Assembly (NCBI GenBank): GCA_043228905.1
Contig: JBHGNT010000007.1
Span: 21,080,001-21,144,000, forward strand
Source of the DNA: Azolla caroliniana
Taxonomy: Eukaryota; Plantae; Polypodiophyta
Direction: 5' to 3'
Length of the DNA: 64,000 nt
Below, piece by piece: positions 23,244-36,139 of this stretch. Every line of letters begins with the position of its first letter. Position 1 is the first letter of the stretch. The position numbers and the translations under genes were made by a program. The notes under the pieces are model-generated. The model worked only from the letters and a program-made list of their open reading frames with translations. It did no database searches and was not told the DNA's origin.

Positions 23244-26200
23244 GACATCATAATGATACACACATTGTTTGCCCTAGGTCATATTTATACTAATATGACT
23301 TTTGGATTATTTACAAATATAGCCCTAGTGGATTCTCTAGAACATATTTACATATATGTCCCTTCATCCGGTGAGAGGTTCTCATCGGGCCTGCATCATC
23401 CGGTTCTCACCGGGTCTTCCTTGCAGGGTACTCATCATCCGGTTCTTACCGGGTCTTCCATTGCCGGGTACTCTTCATCCGGTTCTCGTCGAGTCTTCTG
23501 TTGCCGGGTACTCATCATCTAGTTCTCATCGGGTCTTCCGTTGCCAGGTACTCATATTCCCCTTCACTCCGGCATGGGATGCCTCGTCAATCCGATCCGC
23601 TTCTGGCATGCGTCTAGCTTGTCGGGTGTCAGCACTTTGGTCAGCATATCTGACCCGTTCTCCTCCGCATGGATCTTCGTCAGCACGAACTCTTGATGTT
23701 CAGCTCGCTCCCGGATCCAGTGGTACCTCCGTTGGAAGTGCTTCATCCTGGAATGATACGCCGCATTCTTTGCAAGGTGGATCCCTAGTTCTAAGATGAA
23801 GTCCTTCATCCATAGTATTTCCTAGCCGACTTCTACAATTGGCATGTACTCCGCTCCGCCTCTATGGTTGACAACGCAACCGTTTTCTGCAACCTTGACT
23901 ACCACGAAACAACTCCCCCTACATATGTCATAACATATCCCAATGTTGATCGGTTGGTATCCGCATCAGCCGGAATATCCGAATCGGTGAAACCGTCAAG
24001 TTGGGGTTTACCGGAGCCGAATCAGAGGCACATACTTGAGGTGCCTTTCAAGTACCGGAGTATCCATTTTACCACATTCCAATGCTCCTTGCCAGGATTG
24101 CTCATAAACCGGCTCACCACTCCGATTGCGTATCTGATATCCGGTCGGGTACACACCATTGCGTACATTAAGCTCCCAACGGCAGAGGCATATGGAATCT
24201 TCATCATATCCGCCTTCTCTGCCTTCATCTTTGGGCTTTTCTTACCGGATAACCTGTAGTTTGCCAGGAGTGTCGATCTGACCGGTTTCGCATCTGACAT
24301 GTTGAACCGCTGCAACACCTTTGTCACGTACTTCTCCTATGACAACCACAATTTCTTCTTTGACTGGTCCTGGATGATGTGCATTCCCAGTATCTGTCTT
24401 GCCGAACCCAAGTCTTTTATTGAGAAGGTCTGGTTCAGAGCCTTCCTCAGCATCCGTATCTTGACTTGGTCTCGTCCAATGATCAACATATCGTCCACGT
24501 ACAGGAGGAGTATCAGGAAGTCTCCACCTTCAAACGTCTTCACAAACACGCAGTGATCGGCCTGCATCTTGTGGTATCCTTGATCCTTCATGAAGGAGTC
24601 GAACTTCCGGTACCATTGTCAGGGAGCCTGCTTCAAACCGTAGAGGCTCTTCTTCAACCGGCAAACCAGGTGCTCCTTCCCCTTCTTCACAAATCCTTCC
24701 GGTTGCTGCATATAGATCTCCTCTTCGAGGTCGCCATGGAGGAATGTCGTCTTCACGTCTAATTGCTCTACCTTGAGGTCCATGCTTGCAACTATGCTCA
24801 GCACCATCCGAATGGACGTCATCTTTACTATCAGGGCAAATATCTCATTGAAGTCCACGTCGTTCTTTTGCTAGAACCCCTTCACCATGATCTTGGCTTT
24901 GTATCTAGGGGGGTTACCGGCATCACCAAGTTTCAGCTTGTACACCCACTTATTCCGGAGTGCCCGCTTTCCTTTCGGCAACTCAACCAATTCATACGTG
25001 TGGTTCTCATGCAGGGAATCCATCTCGTCTTGCATGGCACTCAACCACTTGTGGTTGTGGGTGTCCTTCTCTCTAGGAGGTCCTTCTCTCTCTGAGAGGC
25101 TATCCGCGTCTTTGGTTTTCGGCAACCGGCTCCTCTGTTTGTTCTTCATCCGAATCCGATTCGGGATTTTGGCTGGTACCGGTTCCTGCTTCCTCTTCTT
25201 CTTCTGCCGGTTCGGTGTCCTCTCCGTAACTGGCCGGTTCTTCGAATGTCAACCGGCTCTTAGCCGAGTAGGTCTGTATCTCATCGAATCGGTCCTTTCC
25301 GATCGACTCAGAGTTCATTATCTTCTTCTCCAACTCCCAGTCGGCAAGAGTCTTGTCCTCCATGAAGATAATATCTCAACTCCGGAACACCTTCTTGTCG
25401 ACGGGGTCCCACACTCGGTAGCCGAACTCATCATCGCCGTATTCAAGGAATATGTAACGCCGAGCCTTTGGATCCAACTTTGCTCTCCGGTCCTTTGCCA
25501 CATGCTTGTAAGCGAGACACCCGAACACCTTCGGGTGCCGGTAAGACACTTCCTTACCGGTCTATACTCTCTGTGGCGTGGCTCCATCCAAGGGAACTGA
25601 GAGTGATCTGTTTATCACATACATCGTTTTCGCCAGATCGTTGCGTGAGTCGAGTGGGAACCGCTGGGGTTTTGGACTAGGAAGATGAATAATTTGAGAC
25701 AAGTTTATAGTTATGGATAGATTATTAGAAAGAGAGATAGAAATCTCGTGAATCCCACGAGTGTATTGTATTCGATTAATCAATATTTAGATAAGAATAT
25801 GTATTTAGATTGAAAGAAAGAGATTAAAAAGAACTTGTGAATCCCACAAGTATAGATTATTTCGTGAATCCCATGCATATATTACTTGGTGTCTTTTAGA
25901 AATATATCCAATTTCCAAATATTTCACACACCCCCCGCCATTACATTGTGCTCCCCATCCTTATGTAGTGATGAGGGAGTCTTAGCAATCCATGCTTTTT
26001 CTTCTCTAACTATAGACTCCATGCTTTTCCTATAGATAGACTATATGCTTTATCTAAAGTGATCATGCTTTTTCTAACTTATGTGTTTTTTTATCATGCA
26101 CGCTAGATGTGCATGCGTAGTTTTTTTCTTTTAGCATGGGTTTTCTTTTAACTAAAGTTTATCCTAGGTGAACCAACCTTTCTATGTGGAACATCTACTT

Positions 26201-26712
26201 TTTAACACTAATGAAATGCTAGTGCAATGGTAAGACATTACATTATTAACATGGAGGTGCAAGGTTTAAATCTTGCCCTATGCATGTAATGTTTATTTTG
26301 ATATTTTCTTCTTTTTTCTTCATATTTATTCAATTGGTTATTTTATATTATTTTCACGTAGTGTACGAAATACACGATGACAATGTCTTAGGTAACTTTG
26401 CATGTGCTAGCATACTCTGGACCCTCTCCATTATGGTCCGGTTCATCCTCTCGGCTAGCCCGTTTAGTTCCAACGTCTTCGGCACGGTAAATTCAAGCCG
26501 GATTCCCTTCAAGCGGCAATACTCCTCGAACTGCCCCCGATATTCTCCTCCGTTATCTGCTCGAACCGCCTTCAGCTTCTGGCCGGTTTCTCTTTCCACT
26601 CTCGTATGGAGCTCCTTGAAGACGGATAACACCTGATCCTTCATCTTCAACGGTGTGGCCCATAGCTTCCGGTTGTGGTCTTCTATGAACGTCACGAAGT
26701 ACTGCGATCCAG
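23244..26712 (-). mobile_element. Inverted Copia 3' half of the same family: partial LTR, RNase H, RT, integrase; interrupted by a solo LTR
   Basis: Partial LTR 23244-23558 with 39-bp repeats; HPMPE*; IPYASAVGSLMY; LLLYVDDML; KRALRNKWVYK; KAVRADNGGEYRG. Several internal deletions. Confidence 0.9.
25630..26382 (-). repeat. Gypsy solo LTR (36793/39389/53703 family), left end truncated
   Basis: gatcgttgcgtgagtcg.gtgggaaccg.tggggttttggactagg...cacgtagtgtacgaaatacac..tgaca. Confidence 0.9.
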
Positions 26713-27959
26713 CGTACCGGTTTTTCCTATGGGAAGGGCGCATATGGAAGCACCCGAAGAAGCGACATGGCACCCCACTCTGCATAGTGGCGAGGGAGGA
26801 CGAGCAGAAAGTGCTGCTTATGGCGTACCACGAGAGTCCTTGGGTCAGACACCACGGGACATGGGCCACATTCGAGAAGCTGAAGGGGAAGTACTGGTGG
26901 CCGGGACTATACCGGGACGTGCATTGGTTCGTAACGACTTGCGAAAGTTGTCAGATGCACTCCATAGTCCGACATCGAGACGAGCTTCACCCAACCTACC
27001 CTCCGACCGTCCACTTCAAGTGGATGGTAGATCTAGTGACGATGTCGATGGGGGTAGGGCAGATGCGATATCTGGTGCTAGCTCGGGAGGACCTGACGAA
27101 CCAAGTGGAAGGCCGAGCGTTACGGAACAAAACGACCGCGGCCGTGTGCCGGTTTCTAATTGAAGATGTGGTATACCGGTATGGGTGCGTCGGCAAGATC
27201 GTGGCCGACCACGGGGAACTAAACGCACAAGAGGCGGAAGAGTTGTTTGACCGGCTAGGGGTTAAATTTTCACTCACCATGGCATACAATCCGGAGGCTA
27301 ACGGGAAGGTGGAACACGGACATGGACCGATCGTCAAAGCATTAGTACAGGTGTGTAGGGCCCAAGTCGGAAACTGGCCGCGGCTCTTACCCTATGCGTT
27401 GTGGGCGGACCAGACTACACACAGTTCAGTAACGGGGTTCATGCCGACGGAACTAATGTACGGGGAGAAGCCAATCATGCCGGTGGAACGGACGATTTCT
27501 TCGTGGGCCGCGGTGGGCTGGAAGGATGAAATGAGCCGGGAAGAGTTGTTGGCGGCACGGATCCGGCAACTTGAACGGAGACCGGAGGACATGGAACGGG
27601 CGAAGGAGAAGTTGTGCGCGGCAAGGGAACGAAACAAAACCCAGTTCGACCGGACGCACCGGCTACGACCGAAGAAGATCGAGGAAGGCAAATGGGTGCG
27701 GGTTTACGACAGCAGCCTCGACAACCAGCACAAGGCGACCTGCAAATTCGCGAGATGGTTCGGGCCCAACACGGTGACGAGCACGAACGGCAACGACACG
27801 TACCATCTTGCAGAGCTCGACGAGACACGATTGGCAGTGCCGGTAGCCGGGAAGCGGATTAAAGTGTTCAAAAAGCAGTACGAAGACGAGCCGGAGCGGG
27901 GGAGCGATAACGACGACGATCGGTTCGGGGACGCCGATAGTTCGGAGAGCGACAAGTGA
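26713..27959 (+). pseudogene. Gypsy integrase (zinc-binding domain, core, C-terminus), 5'-truncated
   Basis: H..(H)G..TF.KL..KYWWP...CESCQ; KWMVDLVTM; AREDLTNQVEGRAL; YNPEANGKVE; LPYALWAD. Paralogous to 33719-34750. Confidence 0.92.
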
Positions 27960-28033
27960 ACGCGAGCCGGTTTTCTCCTGTATCTGTCCCTCTCTGGCAC
28001 ATACCGGTGGGTGCACGGTTTGGTGGGGGTGGA

Positions 28034-28659
28034 TGTCGTGAAGAAAACTAGCCAGAAGCGGAATCGGCGAAGCAAGGCGCATGAACCGGCCCTACACTTT
28101 CCTACACCAATTAATACCTTGTACATAACTAGGAGTAGGATGGTGGGTGTAAATAGACTAGATATGACGCATCGAAAGTCTAGGGAATCAATGAGTATCT
28201 CTGTCCTAAAGGACAGAGAATAATTTGATGAAAACGAGGGTGCAACGGCTTGCCTTGACGGCCTATGGGGGGGATCAGGGATTAGCGAGGACGAAGTGTT
28301 GCCGGACCGTGTACCGAGCTCTCTCTCTCCTCCTTCGGTGGTCATTCTTTGCGGGTTTTGGAGATCGCCGCCTCAGCTTCGTGGACAGCCCGTGCGCTTC
28401 CATTAGAGGCTCTCCCTTCACGTTTTTGTGCTTGGCGTGTGAGCATTGTGTGTGTGTGTGTGTGTGTGTTCACCTGAGTTGGGTCCGTTGCCGACTTGCC
28501 GGTTGTAATCGTTTGATTTGTAATTAAGACTTTGTTCTCTCCTTCTCCCTCTGTGTTTCTGCAAGACTTCTCCCTCTCTCTCTTCTTTCTCCCGCTCCTT
28601 GGTTCAAGGCCCCCGCTGTCCCGCCTCTTTCCACACGCGAAGAGCGTATCAACACGACA
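28034..28659 (+). repeat. Gypsy 3' LTR
   Basis: TGTCGTG...CACGACA termini, preceded by the PPT ggtgggggtgga. Confidence 0.9.
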
Positions 28660-31085
28660 ACGTTCTCTTGCCGCCACCGTCCGGCTCTCGTCGCCGGCTG
28701 CCAGAGTCTTTGGATCGGTGTGAGTGTCTTCGTGGGACCTCCCCTTTGCCGTCTTCGATTGCCCGCCTTGCAGTCGGCACCGTTCTTCTCTCTAGGTCTC
28801 ACGCCGGCTCTTGTTGCCAGTTACCAGAGTGTCTAGAACCGGTTTTCCTCTCGTCTTAGTCCCGACCTCCGCATCGGCCTCTTCTACTGGTCACATTCAC
28901 TTGCCGCCACCGTCCTGTCCTATAGGACTCACGCTGGCTCTCGAGCCGACCGCCGGATCAGTGTGAGGATCTCTGTAGACTGCCCATCCATTGTCCTTTG
29001 CCTTCATCCCCTCGTCGCCACCGTTCGTCACTCTAGGTTTCACGCCGGCTCTCGGGCCGACCGCCAGAGTCTCTACAACCAGTTTGAAGGATCTTCCTTG
29101 GGCCCGTTGTATATCGGACCCTTATCCCAGGTCGATCTTATCTGCAAGTCGAGAGGGTGGTTCGCTCCACACCTTCTCCCGTGGTACCGACGTACCGTGT
29201 TCCTGGCCTCTCCGTAGGCCTGCTCTCTCCTCCCTCCCAGATCGGTTATCCAGAAGTCCGCTCCGCCCGGGTCCGTCTGTCTTTCTCTGGATTGCCGGGT
29301 CCCGTTCTCCTGCCGCCACCGTCAATATCTTGGTCTTACGTCAGATCCGATGCCGACCACCAGAGTCTCTAGATCCGGTGTGAGGTGACCCATAGGACCA
29401 GTCTTCACTCTCCGCTTCGTCCCTTGTACTTCTCCTGGACTCGTCATCGCTCTCCTTCCTGTGTTCCCTCCTCCATGTTCTGTCTCTTTCGGTCTCACGT
29501 TGCCACACCAGCTGAACTATCGAAGTCTGCGGACAAGATGTGGGGTAACCAATTTCGTAACGTCTTTCGGCGACTTGTCCCAGGCCACCGACCCTTTTAG
29601 TGGTGTCGGTGGATAGCATCCGCTCTGTGATCAACCAAGCCCCGCCTGGGCTTGATTCTCCAATGTTTGGAGTTTCGGCTCCGATGCCGATCCTGCCGAA
29701 CTCGTTCCGAACCCTTGATCACCTCCCTTTCCATTCCCAACCTTCGCCCGGTCGGTCTTCCTCCCCATGTAAAAGAGGGCGGTTCATTCCGCACCCTCTC
29801 CCGTATCGGCACCTTTCATGCCGATTCTGGCCCAAGTCGAACAATCCACAACCGGATCGCGCTCCACCCGAATCGGGGTGCCACGCGGTTCAGTCCCCGA
29901 TCAGGTCATTTCTTGGTTCCTTCATCGACCTTCTCGTAGGCCATTTCCAATCCATCTTCGCTGGCATTGTGCCAGGACTCCTCGATACCGTCATCCATCT
30001 CCTCGATCTCACTTGGTCGTAAGGGTCCCGACTGCCATCGTCTTGGGAGCAAGTGTGGGAAGACGCGTAGAATCGCTCGTCCTATTTGCACCCTTGTCCG
30101 TAGCCACGGCTCCTCGTGCTCGGTGGTCATCTTCTTACCGATCACGCAAGACCCGCCTGGGCTTGCTTCTCCAATGTCCGGAGTTTCGGGCTATCGTGCC
30201 CGAATCCGCCGGTCCCAATGTTCTGATTCTGCGATCGGTATCTCGGCCTTGTCCTCAGTCGTTCCATCTTCGCAATCCGAGAGGGCGTTTTGTTCCACAC
30301 CCTCTCCTCTGGTACCGTGGTACCGATCTTCTGCCATCTCGCGGGGCAAGTCCGTCTCCTCGGCGTCGGCTTGCGGCCTCGATCTTTCCTCTTCCTCGAG
30401 CATTGCCTCGAGAGCTGCGTACGCCTCCACAATCCTGGCCCCGAAGCCAAGCCTTTCCGACACTCTTTGCCGTTCAACCTCTTCCTCCTAGCCTTCTCGG
30501 CTCGCTCATCATCTAGCCGTTGGCATACCCTCCCGACCTTCGACCAGTCCTCCGTAAGGCCATTTGCTCCATCCTCGTCTTCGAGCTCAATCCCGATGGC
30601 CTCCTGTTCCGCTCGGTCGATCGACCTAACGAACAACAGGACTTTGTCCGCCCCCACCAAACCTTGCTCCTACTCCGGGAGCTAAGCAAGCCGTCGCTCG
30701 AACTCTCTGAACACCTTCGTTGCGCCCCGATGGGTCTTCACTGATGACACCCACTGGTTAAAGCCACATCGTCCCCGGCTCTTCCGTCGCCCTCCATATG
30801 CTTGCACGAGTGCCTCTTCGAAGGCCTCCCACAAACTATGAGCTTCTTGGAGCTCCTTCACTTCCGCATGCATGTGGACGGCGATGACCCGACAGAAGAT
30901 CCTAGCCTCAACACCTCGTCTACGTCTCACTCCTCCATTTCCGCGTTATAGGCTTCCAAGTAGAATGGGACTTTGTCCCCGTTGAAATGGCCAACTCTTT
31001 CGACCACTCGCTCAACAGCTTGTTGCGCCGTCTCCCTTTTTGTTGTTTCGTGACTCCGTTTCGGATGCTACCCGTGTAGCCTTCA
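28660..31085 (-). pseudogene. Degenerate Gypsy gag-like ORF with a long acidic/repetitive tail
   Basis: VERVGHFNGDKVPFYLEAYNAEM; DKVLLFVRSID..IGIELEDEDGANGLTEDW closely matches the 37695-39371 protein. No pol motifs in the following ~1.8 kb. Confidence 0.75.
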
Positions 31086-31089
31086 TCAT

Positions 31090-33724
31090 CTAGTTGACCG
31101 GCTGATATTAGGTTCAGTCAAACCTTTGGAACGTGTTGAACATCCTTCAACAGTAGCTTGCATCCGGTTGGTGTTGTTCGCCATTCGTCTCCTATGCCGA
31201 AAATTTGGCATGTACCTTCATTCCCCATCCAGACACAACCATGATCACCGATCGTGTAGGATGAGAAGCATTTCTGGTTCAGGGTAAGGTGGAACGACGC
31301 TCCGGAATCGACAACCCACGTTGTCTCGTCGCTGGCAAGGTTCAACTCACTCTCCTCGGTGATGAGCATCAACTCCTCTTCACTTGTCGCGATTGTCGTC
31401 GTTCCTGTCCGGTCCAATCCTCTCTGGTCTTTGTCATTCTGGTCTGGTGACCGCTTCGAATCAGTATTGTCGGTTTCCTAGTCTTTCCGGAAATGCCGAC
31501 AGTTCTTCTGGAAGTGCCCCGGCTTCCCACAATAGAAGCAAGTGAGCCTTCCCCTTGACTTTGACAGTGTCCCCGACTTTTCCCGGTTCTGGGGACTTCG
31601 GTTCCTTTGTCTTCCACGTTCCGATTCGGTAAGGACTCCTTACCGAATCGGAACGCGGATAGGTACGTTAGGTACGGTACGGATACCAAGGTTGTTAGGT
31701 ACGTTAGGTACGGTACGGATACCATACGTATTTAACGTATTAATACCCGTATAGTACCTCCCAATTTAAAAATACATTAAATACGTTTTCTTAATATGTT
31801 AAATACTTATATAATATGTTAAATACGTAAATTACGTATTTTACGTATAGTACGTTAAATACTTCTAGAATTTGAAAATTATTTACCTTTCTAAAAATTA
31901 TTTACCTTTCTAAAAAATATCTATAATATTGTAAAAAACATCTATGTTTACACAATTTTGTGATGTACAATATAGTTCTACATCCTAAAATGCATATAAG
32001 ACATTTGAACATTTCACATACTAAAATACTTATAGTAATATGGATGTCGACATTCCCTTATTCTATAAATCAGTGTAAGTGTGTATCACAATGTTCTACT
32101 TCAAATTGTAATTATTTACAATTATGCCTTCATAGATTGAGGAATCGTCTACGATTATCACACTCATGATAGGTTTCTCTTTTCTTCGTTTTCTTCTTCT
32201 TCTTCTTCTATCTACTGTGATTATCACACTCAAGATAGGTTTATGTCTTCTTTTCTCTCTTCTTCTTCTTCTACTTCTTCTTCTTCTTCTTCTTCTTCTT
32301 CATCGTCGTCTCTTCTATTCTTCTTTCTTCTTTCCTTTGGCTTCTTTTTCACTAAAATCTTTTTTTTCTTTTGCTTTTTGTTAGGGTTTTACTTACATTT
32401 TCTTTATAAATACGTATTATACCTGTTTTTTTATAAATATGTTAAATACCATATTGGACAAATGTACGTGATATTTGACTGAACAACATTGAGGTATAAT
32501 ACGTACTATACAAATGATGAGGTACTATACGTATTTAAACGTTAAATACGGGTACGTAAACAACCATGGTACTAAGGAGTGCTTTGGAGTCGGAGCCCAT
32601 ATCCTTGTCTTTCCGATGTGCCTCCTCATCTAGCAACCTCAACTTGACTCTTGCTAGGGATAACTATTTTCCTTCCGACCCGGCGTTGCCCAAAGTGACA
32701 ACTAACGTCTCCCAGCTATCCGGGAGGGAACCAAGCAGGAGTAATGCTAGTACCTCATCGGCGAGAGGTACTTCCAACGATGTTGCGTGGTGAATCAGCC
32801 CCTAGAAGGCATTGATGTGCTCTGCCATATTGGTGCCATATTGGTACCGGAGCCTCACTAGCTTCTGGAATACCGAAACCTGATTAACAACATTTTTGTT
32901 CTGAAACATACTGCCAATCTTCTCCCAGAGCTCATGAGCCTTGCTCTCTTTGTTGAAGTTGTTGTACATGCTCATGTCGATGAAGCACCGGATGTATGCC
33001 GTTGTCTTCATGTGCATTACCTCCCACACTGTGACATCGATCTTATCCGGTCTCTTGTCCCCGAACTGAACCGGCAACCAAAGATCTTTAACTACGAGCA
33101 TGTCCCTCATCTTCGACTTCCACACTAAGTAGTTGGAGTTAGTGAGCTTGAACATGCCTCCCAACGAATCTTCTATTTTCCGTGTCGTTTCGCTCTGATA
33201 CCAGATTGACACGAAATATGTGGAATATTACTCGGCCACAACTGAGTCTCAAATCGTGTCGTTCCAAATCGAACACCAAGAATGGGAATGGAGGTGAATA
33301 CACGTACACACAGTCAATATGAGAGAGGGTACACAATATGTTTACGTGGAAAACCCTAAATGGGGAAAACCACGGGAGTCCACAAACTCCAACTATCACT
33401 ATGTAAGAGGAATACAACAGAGAAACATAGAGGCAACGGCCTCTTGCTCTCAATCTTTGCCTAGTGGCAGTTACAACAGAGACTCGCTCTATATCTCCCT
33501 CTCACTCTCTCTGTACAATAATAATGACAACACACGGATACACACACTGTTTACTCTAGGTCATATTTATACTAATATGACTTTCGGGCTATTTACAAAT
33601 ATAGCCCCAGTGGGCTTTCTGGAACATATTTACATATATGTCCCTTCATCCGGTGAGAGGTTCTCACCGGGTCTTCCGTTGCCGGGTATTCATATCCCAT
33701 TCGGAGGGACTGAAAATCCTAACA
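31090..33724 (-). mobile_element. Copia 5' part: LTR 33207-33724, iMet PBS 33192-33203, gag, protease; interrupted by a hAT-like element
   Basis: The LTR ends ..cctaaca; PBS TGGTATCAGAGC; MFKLTNSNYLVWKSKMRDML; DETTWVVDSGASFH. Confidence 0.92.
31687..32568. mobile_element. Putative non-autonomous hAT-like DNA transposon (~880 bp)
   Basis: Imperfect TIRs caaggttgtt... and ...aacaaccatg; many subterminal tacg/aatacg repeats; AT-rich; Glu-rich remnant on the minus strand. No clean 8-bp TSD. Confidence 0.55.
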
Positions 33725-35482
33725 ATAAGGTCCAAACCATCTTTTTGCGAACTTGTGAATAGTATTGTATTGATTATCTAGGTTGGTATCATATACTAAT
33801 ACCCAGTCTCCTTCTTGCACCTTTCTTGGTTGTATTCTTTTTATCTTGTCAAATCTGTCCTTATTCTTGATTCTTGCCTCTTTGAATCTAGTAGCTGCTT
33901 TTTCTATGTCTTCTATCCTTGATTGAAGTTGTCGTACCCGAATCGCAAATAAATCTTCCCTACTCATTTCTGATTCCCAAGGCAACACAACCCATGTAGT
34001 TATCTTTTCTTCAATTGGCATTATCGGCTTCTGCCCTGTGATTAATTCTGCAGGCATATATCCATTAAAAGTGCTATGAGTTGTCCTATCAGCCCATAAT
34101 GCAGAGGGTAAGACTTTTGGCCAATCATTGACTCGTCCTTTACATGCCTTTGCTAAAGATTTGACTATTGGCCCATGTCCCCTTTCTATCTTTCCGTTAG
34201 CTTCCAGATTGTATACCGTTGTCAAAGATAGTTGAATCCCTATTTTGTCGAAAAAATCTTGAGCTTCTGCAAAATTGAGGTCTCCCCTATCTACCCCGAT
34301 ACATCCATATCTACAAACAATGTCCTACAAGATGAGTTGACATACTCCTAATGTCCCTTTTATTTGTAGTGCACATCCTTCCACTTGATTTGTTAGATCT
34401 TCTCTTGCAAAAACCAAGTATCTCTTTTGTCCTACTCCAAGTGGCATTGTTACCAAATCTATCATCCACTTGTAATGCAACCCTGGTGAGTATGTTGGGT
34501 GTAATTCATCACAAAATTTTACATTTGAATAATATTGACAAGTGGGACAAGTTTCGACATACGTTTTTATTTGCTCATAGTATCGAGGCCACCAAAACCG
34601 TTCTTTAATCTTACTGAAAGTGGCCCACACTTGTCGATGACCAACCCATTCTTTGTCACACAACTCTTTGTGGGTTTCCAGTCTTGGTTTTTGGATGTCG
34701 CCATAGATATCCTTCATGCAGGAAGAACTTATGGGCTTTCTTGTGAAACTGTGCGAACTCTTTTCTAGATTGACCTTTGTACTTGTCAGGGGTTTGTATG
34801 TATTTCCCTATTTCCTTGAATTCTTCTTCATACTCCTCTTCTAGAAACTACATTCCTCCTTCCCGGGTAATGCTTGTGGTAAGGACTATTTGTTCTTTGT
34901 CCTCATCGTCTGAGTTTGGAATCTCCTCTTCCTCATAACTTGCTCTTGATAACATATTTGCTATTGCATTTCTATTCCTAGAGATATGTCAAACTTCAGG
35001 GTTGATTGATCTAATATAGATACACCATCTTAACATGGCTTGATTTGGAATATCACAATTATCTATGATACCAAGAATAGGCAAACAATCTGTTTCTATT
35101 ATTACTTTAGCACCAATTAAGTAATCTGTATCTGTCTTAACTGTTGTTACTACCCCCCATAGCTCTCTTTTGACCTGTGCATATTTTCTTTGTCGAACAC
35201 TAAGAAACTTTGCTCCGAATCAGACTAGATACCTTTCTTCCCCATCTTGTTAGCTTATCATCCATCCAATTCCAATGGGACTGGAGTCTACTGTGAGATA
35301 TATGGGCAGGTGTAGTTAGGTTGCTTTAATGGTGGAGCTTGTGCCAAGTAAGACTTCAATTTCCTCATTGTCTCTGAATGCTCTTCACTCCATTCAAATG
35401 TTTCTCCTTTTCTTAGGAGTGGGTTTAGGGTCAAATGTTTCTGCCCTGATAAGGTCAAATGCATTTCTTCCATCCTTGATAG

Positions 35483-36139
35483 TGTTGGGAATATGTCCCT
35501 CCAGTGGGAGGATGATCCGACTATTCGGAAAACCGACAGTCGAAGAGTCGGAAAATAGGAGCCGAGTTGATGAGGAATCATGTAAATAGCTAACTCGGGA
35601 GACTATACTTGTAAATAGTCTAAGTGTGCGCCCCATGAGGGCTACGTATGTAAATAACCAGAAAGTTGCGTAAGTATATGTCGGCCTCGGCCGAAACCGG
35701 AATCGTGTAAATAGCCAACTCGGGAGACTATACTTGTAAATAGTCTAAGTGTGCACCCCATGAGGGCTACGTATGTAAATAACCAGAAAGTTGCGTAAGT
35801 ATATATGCAACTAGGGCAAACTTTTAGATAGAACAAAGTGTAGAAACAGAACGAGGAGAGTGCGAGAGAAGTGAGAGCCATGCCATAGTTGTGCGTGTAA
35901 CAACAGACGTGAAGAGCCCTGTGCGGTTGATACACTCAACAGAGTGTTGTAATCATCTCTGTTTTGTATATCCACTATACTATAGTGAAGAATCTGTTCA
36001 CCCGTGGTTTTTCCCCGTTTTAGGGTTTCCACGTAAATCTCTGTGTATAGTCCTGTATCTTGTCTTTCTAGCATTCAGTGTGATTCGTATTTCAGTTTCA
36101 TCTTATTATTGTGATTAATTCCGCAATGTTTTCTCATCA
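35483..36139 (+). repeat. Copia solo LTR with a 5-bp TSD, inserted in the Gypsy RT
   Basis: tgttgggaatatgtcc...tcatca; TSD GATAG at 35478-35482 and 36140-36144; related to the LTRs of 45224-50367; internal ~125-bp tandem duplication. Confidence 0.93.

Noticed and set aside
26655-27959. 434-aa ORF as an intact novel gene
   Set aside because: The first ~19 codons are antisense Copia integrase fused by chance to a truncated Gypsy integrase at about 26713.
29600-30685. Several long plus-strand ORFs (up to 232 aa)
   Set aside because: They are antisense shadows of the GC-rich minus-strand gag-like frame and have no recognisable motifs.
32166-32482. Poly-Leu/poly-Ser ORFs resembling membrane proteins
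   Set aside because: They are translations of a (CTT)n microsatellite. The same applies to the (CT)n and (TAA)n ORFs in the LTRs at 8106, 45429-45700 and 49912-50225.
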